64,000 nt of DNA from Nitrospirota bacterium (lineage in GTDB: Bacteria; Nitrospirota; UBA9217): positions 277,069 to 341,068 of the forward strand of contig CAVVOB010000028.1 in assembly GCA_963749655.1 (NCBI GenBank), in the 5' to 3' direction. Below are positions 55,994 to 64,000 of the stretch, one piece after another. Position 1 is the stretch's first letter. Each line of letters starts with the position of its first letter. The translations under genes and the position numbers were made by a program. The notes under the pieces were generated by a model. The model saw only the letters and a list, made by a program, of their open reading frames with translations. It had not been told where the DNA came from and made no database searches.

Positions 55994-57235
55994 TCAGGCC
56001 CTGGCGGGTTTTTTCAAGAACCTCGTGAGAATGATCGCCAGGCCCGCGAAAGCCGCGGCCATAAAAAAGCTGCTCGAAAAACTGCCTGTCTTTTCGGCAA
56101 GAACACCGGCGACCGACGGCCCGGCGATCTGGCCGAGGCCGAAGATGAAGGTGATGAATCCGAACGCGGCAAGCGCCTTGTCCACGCCCACATACTCGCT
56201 CACTGCAGCCACCATGATCGAAGGAATGGACCAGGCTACGATGCCATAGAAGCCGATGGACAGGTAGAGGAACAGCGGCGGCAGGTTTGCCGCAACCATC
56301 AGGTAGGCGAGCATCTGGAGTGAGAATACGATCATCAATCCCGTCTTTCTTCCCAGCCGATCGGACAAGGTGCCGAAAATGGGACCGGAAAGCAGACTCA
56401 GAAGCCCGACCCAGGACCAGAAGTTCCCCGCAATCGTTTCCGAAAATCCCCGCTCCTTGACCAGCGTCGTAACAATGAAGGTCGCATAGATCACATACGT
56501 ATAGCCGAAGAGAAAATAGACGGCGCCGAGCAGATACAGGGTCCTGTTCCGGTAAATGCTCCGGTCCTCGACCTGTGCGTGCCGGACTACGGCCATATTC
56601 CGGTCGTCGCTTCCCAGGGGCGCCAGCCCCTTGTCCTCGGGCGTGTTCCTGAGCAGCACGTTCGCGATGATCGCCGTGGTAAAGACGACCCCTGCCAGGA
56701 TCAGCCAGTTCATACGCCAGCCTTCGGGGCCGATGAGATGATTGATAAAGGGAATGAGCTTTCCCGAGATGACGATGGCGAACCCGCTCCCGATCACCAC
56801 GAAGCCCGCCGCCCTCCCGCGGATCGAACGGTCGAACCAGGCTGTGATGAGCCCCATGACCGGAACGTTCGCCGCGCCGCTGCCCATGCCGGTGATAGTA
56901 TACAGGGCCAGCACCTGGGAAAATCCCGTTGCCCGGCTGATAAGAGCCATGGAAGCGCCGATGTCGACGAGGGCGAGCACGATCAGGGTGCGCGATCCGA
57001 TCTTGCCGGCGATCTGGCCGCAGAACAGCACTGCCACCAGATAGCCGATGAAGTTTCCCGTGCTGATGAAGCCGATCTGGGAATAGGAAAGGTTGAGCGT
57101 CGTTGCCATGGACGGCAGCAGCATGCCCAGGGCGAAGCGGCCGAAGCCGAGGCAGGCGAAGATGCAGAGCATGCCCGTGGCTACGATGACCCAGCCGTAG
57201 TGGAAGGGGAGGCGGAAGACTTTCTGTTCAGACAT
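55994..57235 (-). CDS. MFS transporter (YbfB/YjiJ-like)
   Basis: About 12 TM helices; GFGRFA, G.LSDRLGRK, GQIAGP. Confidence 0.9.
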   Translation of the reverse strand: MSEQKVFRLPFHYGWVIVATGMLCIFACLGFGRFALGMLLPSMATTLNLSYSQIGFISTGNFIGYLVAVLFCGQIAGKIGSRTLIVLALVDIGASMALISRATGFSQVLALYTITGMGSGAANVPVMGLITAWFDRSIRGRAAGFVVIGSGFAIVISGKLIPFINHLIGPEGWRMNWLILAGVVFTTAIIANVLLRNTPEDKGLAPLGSDDRNMAVVRHAQVEDRSIYRNRTLYLLGAVYFLFGYTYVIYATFIVTTLVKERGFSETIAGNFWSWVGLLSLLSGPIFGTLSDRLGRKTGLMIVFSLQMLAYLMVAANLPPLFLYLSIGFYGIVAWSIPSIMVAAVSEYVGVDKALAAFGFITFIFGLGQIAGPSVAGVLAEKTGSFSSSFFMAAAFAGLAIILTRFLKKPARA

Positions 57236-57348
57236 GGCAGGAACTATAACATGATTGGAAAAAGGGGAAAAGGGATTTCTTCAAGGCGTTCGGTGATGCG
57301 GCTTTCAAAATGGGATACAATAAAAATAGAGTTCGAAGGAGGTGCCCT

Positions 57349-57804
57349 ATGACTACAACCATGGTTGAGACAGGCGTGGAGCGGGACCAGGTGATCGAGA
57401 CGGTCACACGGCTCTTTATCTATACCGACAACAGGGACTGGCCGAAGGTCAAAGCTTTGTTCACCCACCGGGTCCTTTTCGACATGACCTCCCTGGCCGG
57501 AGGACAGCCGGCGACGATTACTTCCCAGGAGATCGTGGACGGGTGGGAGCAGGGTCTTAAAAGCCTGAAAGCGATCCATCATCAGGCGGGAAATTTTCTC
57601 GTTGATATAACCGGGGATGAAGCAGCGGTCTTCTGCTACGGAGTTGCCTGGCATTACCTGCCCAATAAGACGGAACAGAACACCCGGGTTTTCGTCGGCA
57701 GCTATGACATTCATCTCATGAGGCAGGACGGGGAATGGAAAATCGACCGGTTCAAATTCAACCTGAAGTTCATCGACGGGAACAGGGAATTGGAAAAGAG
57801 CTAG
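57349..57804 (+). CDS. NTF2/SnoaL-like protein
   Basis: D.RDW, HHQ.GN, G.Y...L...DGEWKI; AGGAGG RBS. Confidence 0.85.
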   Translation: MTTTMVETGVERDQVIETVTRLFIYTDNRDWPKVKALFTHRVLFDMTSLAGGQPATITSQEIVDGWEQGLKSLKAIHHQAGNFLVDITGDEAAVFCYGVAWHYLPNKTEQNTRVFVGSYDIHLMRQDGEWKIDRFKFNLKFIDGNRELEKS

Positions 57805-58496
57805 ATCCGCCCCCGGCTGCCGGTGCTTGATTCGAAGACCCGCGCCTGAAGATAGAGAGAAACGCTTCCTGCAATGAGAAACAGAATCACCTTGTCCCAA
57901 TCGTAGCGTAAATAGACAGGCAGTGATACCAGGAGAAGGACCAGCGCCGCGATGGACGTAAAAGGCTCGAAGCGGAAAAGGGCGCCGGCGAATATCACCA
58001 CGAAGAGCAGCGTTTGTATCCGCGTAATATCGATGCTCCAGTCGGCAAGCCCCGGTATGGCCTGCCATTGAACAGAATAGTCGGGGAGGGCGTACCACGA
58101 TTGATTGCCCGCGGGCGGGACCTTGGCGATGGCCGGCAGCTTGATCCAGTCAAAGGGATGGGCACTCTCGCCGCCGATCAGCAGTTTGAACAGGAGGCAG
58201 AGCACCAGGAAATTGACGATGATCTGCGGCCATTTCCAGTTGCCTTGAACAGGCCGGAGCGAGCCGCGATGATAGAGGAGAAGCAGCAGGAGAACGCTGA
58301 AGAGGACCTGATAGTAGTGCTGCGGGTATCCCAGACCCAGGTATCCCAGAACAACAGCAGCGAGGCCGAGCGCGAACGGCAAGAGAGGATGGAGCCTGGG
58401 CGGCAGATTCGGTTCATCCGCAGACCAAGGGCCGAGGCGCTCCTCGAGCCGCTCGATGCGTTTTTCAAGATCACTGATGTCGGGGTGATCATGCAT
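57801..58496 (-). CDS. Hypothetical membrane protein
   Basis: Multiple TM segments; GGAGG RBS. Confidence 0.7.
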   Translation of the reverse strand: MHDHPDISDLEKRIERLEERLGPWSADEPNLPPRLHPLLPFALGLAAVVLGYLGLGYPQHYYQVLFSVLLLLLLYHRGSLRPVQGNWKWPQIIVNFLVLCLLFKLLIGGESAHPFDWIKLPAIAKVPPAGNQSWYALPDYSVQWQAIPGLADWSIDITRIQTLLFVVIFAGALFRFEPFTSIAALVLLLVSLPVYLRYDWDKVILFLIAGSVSLYLQARVFESSTGSRGRI

Positions 58497-58548
58497 TGCC
58501 TGCCGCCTCCGGTAAGGGTGATCTATACCTCAGCACGTGAACGAACCG

Positions 58549-58953
58549 TCACTTCGACTTGTCCGGCGACTCTTCATTCGTCTTGTGTTTCGCTTTGGCC
58601 CTTTCATACAGCCCGTTCAAATCGGCAATTGCCTTGTCCATCCTGACTTTCACCTTGTCCCACGTTTCGTTCGTTGCCTTGCGCAGATCTTCGAGGTCCT
58701 TTTGCGCGCCCGGCTGACTCTTTTTGAACTCGTCATAGAGCCGGTTGATCTCCGTTCGCGGCTGACCTTCCTTCCTGGACTTTGCGGCAAGCTGGTCCAT
58801 GTTCTTGTCCAGCTCGTTCAGTTTCTGCTCCGCCGCCTTTTCGCTCTCCTGCCGCTGCGCTGCGGGTTCCAGCGCCCGGGCGCTGTAAGGAAGGCTGAAC
58901 AGTGTTGATGCAAGTATTGTAGACACAACTATCAGGAAGATATTTCGTATCAT
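58549..58953 (-). CDS. Exported coiled-coil protein
   Basis: Signal peptide, charged helical body; GAGGA RBS. Confidence 0.7.
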   Translation of the reverse strand: MIRNIFLIVVSTILASTLFSLPYSARALEPAAQRQESEKAAEQKLNELDKNMDQLAAKSRKEGQPRTEINRLYDEFKKSQPGAQKDLEDLRKATNETWDKVKVRMDKAIADLNGLYERAKAKHKTNEESPDKSK

Positions 58954-59090
58954 ACGTGGATTCCTCCTATTCTTCTTCGATCCGGTCGAGGTTAGCTCTT
59001 CGACTCTGGATCTATCATAACACAGGAAGAGGGCCGCAGTTTACGTACAAAGCAAGCGAGCGATTGGCTGTATACGCTTCTTATTTGGCA

Positions 59091-59531
59091 TCAAGGCAGC
59101 TGCAGTTCTTTCCAGGCAGATCGGAGCAATGACCGAAAATGTCTCGCCAGAGAAATATAGAGCATGCCGAACAGCCATAGCCAGAAAAATCCCATGACGG
59201 AAACTATTTGAACAATCGTTATCGGATTCCTCACACCGGATCGCCCCCATGTTTGAGGCAGGCCCGGCGGATTTGCCCACTCCCAAGTCGCGAAAAATAT
59301 TCCCACTAAAACAATAACAAACCCGGTGATTATCATTAAGATCTTTTTAAACTTGATAGAATATGACGCGACGAGTTTACCATTCGAGATACTAACTGCC
59401 ACTTCAGCGTCTATGGCGATATTTCGACCGATCTTGAGTGCAGCATCGTTATAAAAGCGTTCAGCGGTATCCGCTGGATCGCCGCGTAGCGGAAACTCAA
59501 GTTTCCCGTTGTAACTGAGTGGAAAAGCCAT
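59091..59531 (-). CDS. Hypothetical membrane protein (cassette-like)
   Basis: Two TM segments; begins 25 nt after the attC-like site with a GGAGG RBS. Confidence 0.6.
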   Translation of the reverse strand: MAFPLSYNGKLEFPLRGDPADTAERFYNDAALKIGRNIAIDAEVAVSISNGKLVASYSIKFKKILMIITGFVIVLVGIFFATWEWANPPGLPQTWGRSGVRNPITIVQIVSVMGFFWLWLFGMLYISLARHFRSLLRSAWKELQLP

Positions 59532-59556
59532 ATTCCCCTCCGCCTCTCCTTCATGA

Positions 59557-59616
59557 CTTCAACCAGCGCGTCACGCGCCGCCTTTAGGCGCGTCGCTGTG
59601 GACGCGCAAGTTGGTA
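59557..59616 (-). mobile_element. attC-like integron recombination site (60 bp)
   Basis: TACCAAC-TTGCGCGTCCAC..GCC-TAAA-GGC..GTGACGCGC-TG-GTTGAAG with an unpaired C in the L'' box. Confidence 0.72.
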
Positions 59617-59648
59617 TCACTTTCTGTGCGCTTGCTTCGTAAATAAAC

Positions 59649-60419
59649 TCATTTAAGTTGTTGGATTGAATTAATGTTTGTCCCGTTTACTATCTTAACG
59701 GGTGGATATTTCGAGTCATACTTAGCGGGAAATACATACAAACGCTCTCCAGACGATAATAACAGGAAATATTCAGTCTTTGGTTCATCTCGGAGTTTCA
59801 CCATTGGCAAAGATGACGTTTCCAGATTCTTATCCTTCAGGGCCGCGTTTCGCCCCATTTGAGACGGAGCATAATACAAACCAATAGCAATTATGAGATA
59901 GGTGAGGGAAGCCAAGTGTAAATTTACTCTTAAATCAGAGTTGCTAAGCCGAAACGCCAATAGCTCTAAGGTGCATGTTGCGAGCGCAACAATAATAAAC
60001 ACATTAACCATAGATAATATTCGCGCTGCTGTAGAGTATCCATGATTTGCAAGAAGTGGATCGGCGATTGAGATTGCTATAAAAAACCACCGGCCATGAT
60101 TGACGACAAAGACACTGGCCTTAAATCGAGGGCTAAACTCAAGAAGCGTTTCCTTCTCAGTTTCCGCCAGATCCTTTATCCCAATGAACGCAAAAAAAAG
60201 TACAATGACGACTGGCCACCAGCTATAACCCATAAGCATCAATATAGGTACATCTGACTGAACCCACGACGCACCAAAGGTTGAAAAGTAAGCCTGTGCA
60301 TACGCCCATCCAATAATATAAGCAAAACCACTGAGGCCTACAATCCCAGTTGCTAACTTGGGCAGGTTGTGCAACAAGCGTTTTGCGCCATGGAGGATTG
60401 GTTTTCTAGTGAGATCCAT
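59649..60419 (-). CDS. Hypothetical multi-pass membrane protein (cassette-like)
   Basis: AT-rich, about five TM segments, YIIGWAYAQAYFSTFG motif. Confidence 0.7.
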   Translation of the reverse strand: MDLTRKPILHGAKRLLHNLPKLATGIVGLSGFAYIIGWAYAQAYFSTFGASWVQSDVPILMLMGYSWWPVVIVLFFAFIGIKDLAETEKETLLEFSPRFKASVFVVNHGRWFFIAISIADPLLANHGYSTAARILSMVNVFIIVALATCTLELLAFRLSNSDLRVNLHLASLTYLIIAIGLYYAPSQMGRNAALKDKNLETSSLPMVKLRDEPKTEYFLLLSSGERLYVFPAKYDSKYPPVKIVNGTNINSIQQLK

Positions 60420-60506
60420 TGAGATTAATCTCCAAATTTGTTCTGTATATTAGCCCGGTCCGTACATATCTGTGGAAGCAATAGTTGCCTGCGCATACGC
60501 TCCATT

Positions 60507-60925
60507 TCATAAATGCATTAAGATTTGCGCTTGAACAAATGGATGAAATTCTTCGTAAATAGTATTTGAACGATGGTTGAGCTTTTCCATTTCGGGTGTA
60601 GAAGAATGTGACGGATTGGGGATCGAAAATGAAGTGGTGTTCTTCCATATGACGTTTCTTCCAATTGCAACAAGCCCATTTGTCGATTGCGTGTCCCGAT
60701 AATCTCATCTCTAATTAAACCAACTGCTTTAATAGCAATCTTGTCCGCACCAAAGGCACACGCTTTGATATAAACAACATCGCCGACCTTTAGAGTACGC
60801 ATGAATTGATGAAGCTCAGGCGCATCCTCAACTGGCCAGCCGATACCAACAATTTCCGTTTGGATGAAGTCGGGGCTAACATCAGTTGTCCCGTCATAGA
60901 AAGCTCCTACTGCGTAAATAGCCAT
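60507..60925 (-). CDS. Hypothetical protein resembling PUA/EVE-like domains, frameshift near 60690
   Basis: VGIGW..F..LKVGDVVYIK..AVGLI; a third frame gives GRNVIW..RSNTIYEEFHPFVQ..HL stop. Confidence 0.55.
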
Positions 60926-61104
60926 ATCGTGCCCCCAGTCTTATATTCAAACCAATAAGTGATTATCGAGCCCTATCCGGTTAGGAAAGAACAAATTTTC
61001 GGTGTTTACCAGTTTAGCAAAGACAATGCCGAACGCCATTCTTCATCGACAATCTTCCCTTGGCAAGGGTCTAAAAACGGTTTTGCATCCAAGTAGAAAT
61101 TAGT

Positions 61105-61226
61105 TCAAGCGGTCATGCGGGGAGGAGCTAGGATGGATCAAATCGTGCTTGGAAGGCCTCCCAAAAACGACATTACTATACTTCGACGAATTAGGAAAGG
61201 ATTTCGATGGGGTATTTATGGGGGAG
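61105..61226 (-). promoter_or_regulatory. Conserved promoter/leader element, copy 2
   Basis: Colinear similarity to 23115-23241. Confidence 0.7.
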
Positions 61227-61516
61227 AAGGTTTTGAAACCGTTTTGAGTTGTGAGTGTTGAGTTTTGAGTTGATCCTTGCGAGTAAGAAATATTTAGCGT
61301 TTTGAGCTATAAGTTGCTACCAGGTCCTCATTGCTCTCTTGAGCAGAACCATGCTACGAACAAGGTAGTACCCTGTTAAAAGAGAGGCAATGCAGAATTC
61401 CCGCGCACTCCGTGCATCCGCACTCGTAAACGCTGGGGACAGGGCGGAATGCGGAATGAATGTGTTACCTGGATTCCAGCCTTCGCTGGAACGACGACAA
61501 GAAGAGATGGATTATT

Positions 61517-61939
61517 TCACGATGCTCCGACCTGCTTCACGATCTCCCCGAGGCTCTCCTTCTTCCGGTACACCGTACCCTGGAACAGAGCGATTTTATC
61601 TCCGGCATCATCCATGACCGTAATGAGGTAAGTGGCGAGCCTGGGATTGAACGATGCTTCTTCAGCAGTCGCGGTCAGGGTGCCGGATTTGACGGCCTTG
61701 AAAAACGAAATGCTCACATTGATTGCCACGGCAAGCGTGCCGTGGGAATTCGAGGCTGCGGAAAAGACCGCGTCGGCAAGGGAGAAGATCGCGCCGCCGT
61801 GCAGCATGCCTGCGCTGTTCAGGTGGTGGCTTGCGATCGTCATCCGGGCACTGGCCCTGCCTTGCCCGTATTCCAGCATTTCCACCCCGAGGTGCTTTGC
61901 ATAGCGGTCGTTTTCGATGAATTTTTTCAGAACGTCCAT
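61517..61939 (-). CDS. PaaI-family hotdog-fold thioesterase
   Basis: [15 protein letters not shown]; AAGGA RBS. Confidence 0.9.
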   Translation of the reverse strand: MDVLKKFIENDRYAKHLGVEMLEYGQGRASARMTIASHHLNSAGMLHGGAIFSLADAVFSAASNSHGTLAVAINVSISFFKAVKSGTLTATAEEASFNPRLATYLITVMDDAGDKIALFQGTVYRKKESLGEIVKQVGAS

Positions 61940-62201
61940 GGTTATCCTTTCCAAAGCGGAGGGCATAGGGCATAGCGCATGGGGCGACGAGCAAGAGCGC
62001 AAAGTGCGGAGGGTCAACGCCATGCATTATGTCCTATGCTCCATGCAGCAAACTGCCGCCATTATAGCAAAATATAGCCTCCCGGCTCAACGGTTATATG
62101 ATTTTGTGTTTACAAAAGCGTGCATTCTGGTTTATAATGGCCCTCGTTTCCTTGCAAATCCGAGGTTTTCTTGTTTGAAATCCCGTCCCGAGGAGCGCCC
62201 C

Positions 62202-63545
62202 ATGCCCTGGAATCCAGAAGAAACCCTTTCGCGCCAGGAACTTTCTAAACTGCAGACCGAACGCCTGAAGAAGGCCTGCGAGCGGGTCTACAGCCGCGTA
62301 CCTTTCTATAAGAAGAAATTCGACGACCTAGGTATCAAACCTTCGGACATAAAATCCATCAACGACGTAACGAAACTCCCCTTTACGAAAAAGTCGGACC
62401 TCCGCGACAACTACCCCTACGGCCTCTTTGCCGAGCCGCTGGAGGACATCGTCCGCATCCACGCCTCGTCAGGCACCACAGGCAAGCCCACGGTCGTCGC
62501 CTACAACCGCAACGACATCAATCTCTGGGCAGAAGTGATGGCCAGGACCTTTACCTGCGCGGGCACGACGAAGAAGGACGTGGTCCAGAACGCCTACGGC
62601 TACGGCCTCTTTACCGGCGGTCTGGGCGCCCATTACGGCGCTGAGCGGGTGGGGGCCTCGGTCATTCCGATCTCGGGCGGCAACACGCAGAAGCAGATCC
62701 TGCTCCTCCAGGATTTCGGCAGTACCGTGCTCACGTGTACGCCCTCTTTCGCTCTTTACATCTACGATGTCATGTGCGAGATGAAGATCAGCCTTGAAAC
62801 GATCAAGCTCAGGGTCGGCCTCTTCGGGGCCGAGCCCTGGACCGACGAGATGCGCAAGGAGATCGAGGAGCGCCTCCGGGTCAAGGCCATCGACATCTAC
62901 GGCCTCTCGGAGATCATCGGCCCCGGCGTTTCTTCCGAATGCGTCGAAGCCCAGGACGGACTGCATTTCAATGAAGACCATTTCTTTCCCGAGATCCTCA
63001 ACCCGCAGACCGGCGATCCGCTGCCCTACGGCCAGGAGGGCGAGCTCGTGGTCACGAGCATGTCGCGCGAGGCCATGCCGCTCATCCGCTACCGCACCGG
63101 CGACATCACGAGCCTCAATCCCGAGAAGTGCCGATGCGGAAGAACGCTCGTCCGCATGAAGCGCGTGCGCGGAAGGGCGGACGACATGCTGATCATCCGC
63201 GGGGTGAACGTGTTTCCGTCGCAGGTCGAATCGGTCCTGCTCCGCTCCGAAGAAGTGGCGCCGCACTACATCATCGAAGTGAACCGCAAAGGCAGGCTTG
63301 ACGAGATGAACGTGAACGTCGAGGTCACGCCCAAGTTCATGGAGGGAATCGCGAGCAAGGTGCTCTCCACGGACCTTAAGGCTTTTGTCCAGGAAGAAGA
63401 AGAGCTCCTCCATCTCAAGCACGAGATCCAGAAGAACGTGAAGGACATCATCGGGGTGAACACGGAAGTGACCCTCCGGCCGCCCAATACCATCCAGCGG
63501 AGCGAAGGCAAGGCCAAGCGGGTGATCGACAACCGGCCGAAATAG
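62202..63545 (+). CDS. paaK: Phenylacetate--CoA ligase
   Basis: [43 protein letters not shown]. Confidence 0.93.
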   Translation: MPWNPEETLSRQELSKLQTERLKKACERVYSRVPFYKKKFDDLGIKPSDIKSINDVTKLPFTKKSDLRDNYPYGLFAEPLEDIVRIHASSGTTGKPTVVAYNRNDINLWAEVMARTFTCAGTTKKDVVQNAYGYGLFTGGLGAHYGAERVGASVIPISGGNTQKQILLLQDFGSTVLTCTPSFALYIYDVMCEMKISLETIKLRVGLFGAEPWTDEMRKEIEERLRVKAIDIYGLSEIIGPGVSSECVEAQDGLHFNEDHFFPEILNPQTGDPLPYGQEGELVVTSMSREAMPLIRYRTGDITSLNPEKCRCGRTLVRMKRVRGRADDMLIIRGVNVFPSQVESVLLRSEEVAPHYIIEVNRKGRLDEMNVNVEVTPKFMEGIASKVLSTDLKAFVQEEEELLHLKHEIQKNVKDIIGVNTEVTLRPPNTIQRSEGKAKRVIDNRPK

Positions 63546-63547
63546 CA

Positions 63548-63979
63548 GTTTTGAGTTTTGAGTGAGACGACAGGAGCAGCGAATTCCTTCTCTTTTTTCA
63601 CGCGGAGCCGCGGAGCTCGCGGAGAAAGCAAAGACGAAATTCTGCCTCGCGCAAAGACGCAAAGGCGCAAAGGCGCAAAGAACGTCAAACAGCGGTGAAT
63701 GAATTTAAGAACCAAGTCAGCAGGTTTAGACTTCTCCGCGTACTCCGCGCCTCCGCGTGAGATACGTTTGCGGTTTTGAGTTTTAAGTGAGACGGCAGGA
63801 GCAGCGAATTCCTTCTCTTTTTTCACGCGGAGCCGCGGAGCTCGCGGAGAAAGCAAAGACGAAATTCTGCCTCGCGCAAAGACGCAAACGCGCAAAGAAC
63901 GTCAAACAGTGGTGAATGAATTTAAGAACCAAGTCAGCAGGTTTAGACTTCTCCGCCTACTCCGCGCCTCCGCGTGAGA
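63548..63979. repeat. Tandem duplication of a ~210 bp palindromic non-coding element (63548-63762 and 63773-63979)
   Basis: Near-identical copies, each with CACGCGGAG..GCGGAGAA / TTCTCCGC..CTCCGCGTG arms enclosing GCAAAG repeats. Confidence 0.9.
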
Positions 63980-64000
63980 CGAATCTTTTGGGGGCTCGCG

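Noticed and set aside
53676-61500. Prophage or integrative element at tRNA-Asn
   Set aside because: No integrase, phage genes or duplicated tRNA 3' end seen
63548-63979. Possible CRISPR array
   Set aside because: No constant repeat with unique spacers; the whole unit is duplicated; no cas genes in the window

Overview
Bacterial chromosomal window spanning the replication-origin region. Gene content and repeat style suggest an anaerobic Nitrospirota/Desulfobacterota-type organism (inference). The core block is yidC-yidD-rnpA-rpmH ... dnaA-dnaN-gyrB-gyrA-serS, four tRNA-Ser, tRNA-Arg, tadA, ffs, dnaX-ybaB-recR, porCDAB, mglBA and tRNA-Asn. The most notable element is a ~13 kb co-oriented cluster (7713-20979) behind a sigma-54 promoter. 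It couples a corrinoid methyl-transfer system (two MtaA-type Zn-thiol methyltransferases, an MtrH-like protein, a corrinoid protein and a RACo activator) with an HdrE/HdrD-like pair and the Methanosarcina-type coenzyme M precursor genes (cysteate synthase, fused comDE). This is a candidate bacterial CoM-like thiol methyl-transfer pathway. Other observations: two integrase-less integron-like cassette loci sharing a ~125 bp promoter/leader and an attI-like motif; an oriC-like site with DnaA-trios about 2.2 kb upstream of dnaA; a recurring direct-repeat motif at fixed spacing before -35 boxes; and many short-period intergenic repeats, one of them translated inside ComDE. About ten accessory genes carry small frameshifts (sequencing error or decay). 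All family calls come from motif recognition, not database searches.
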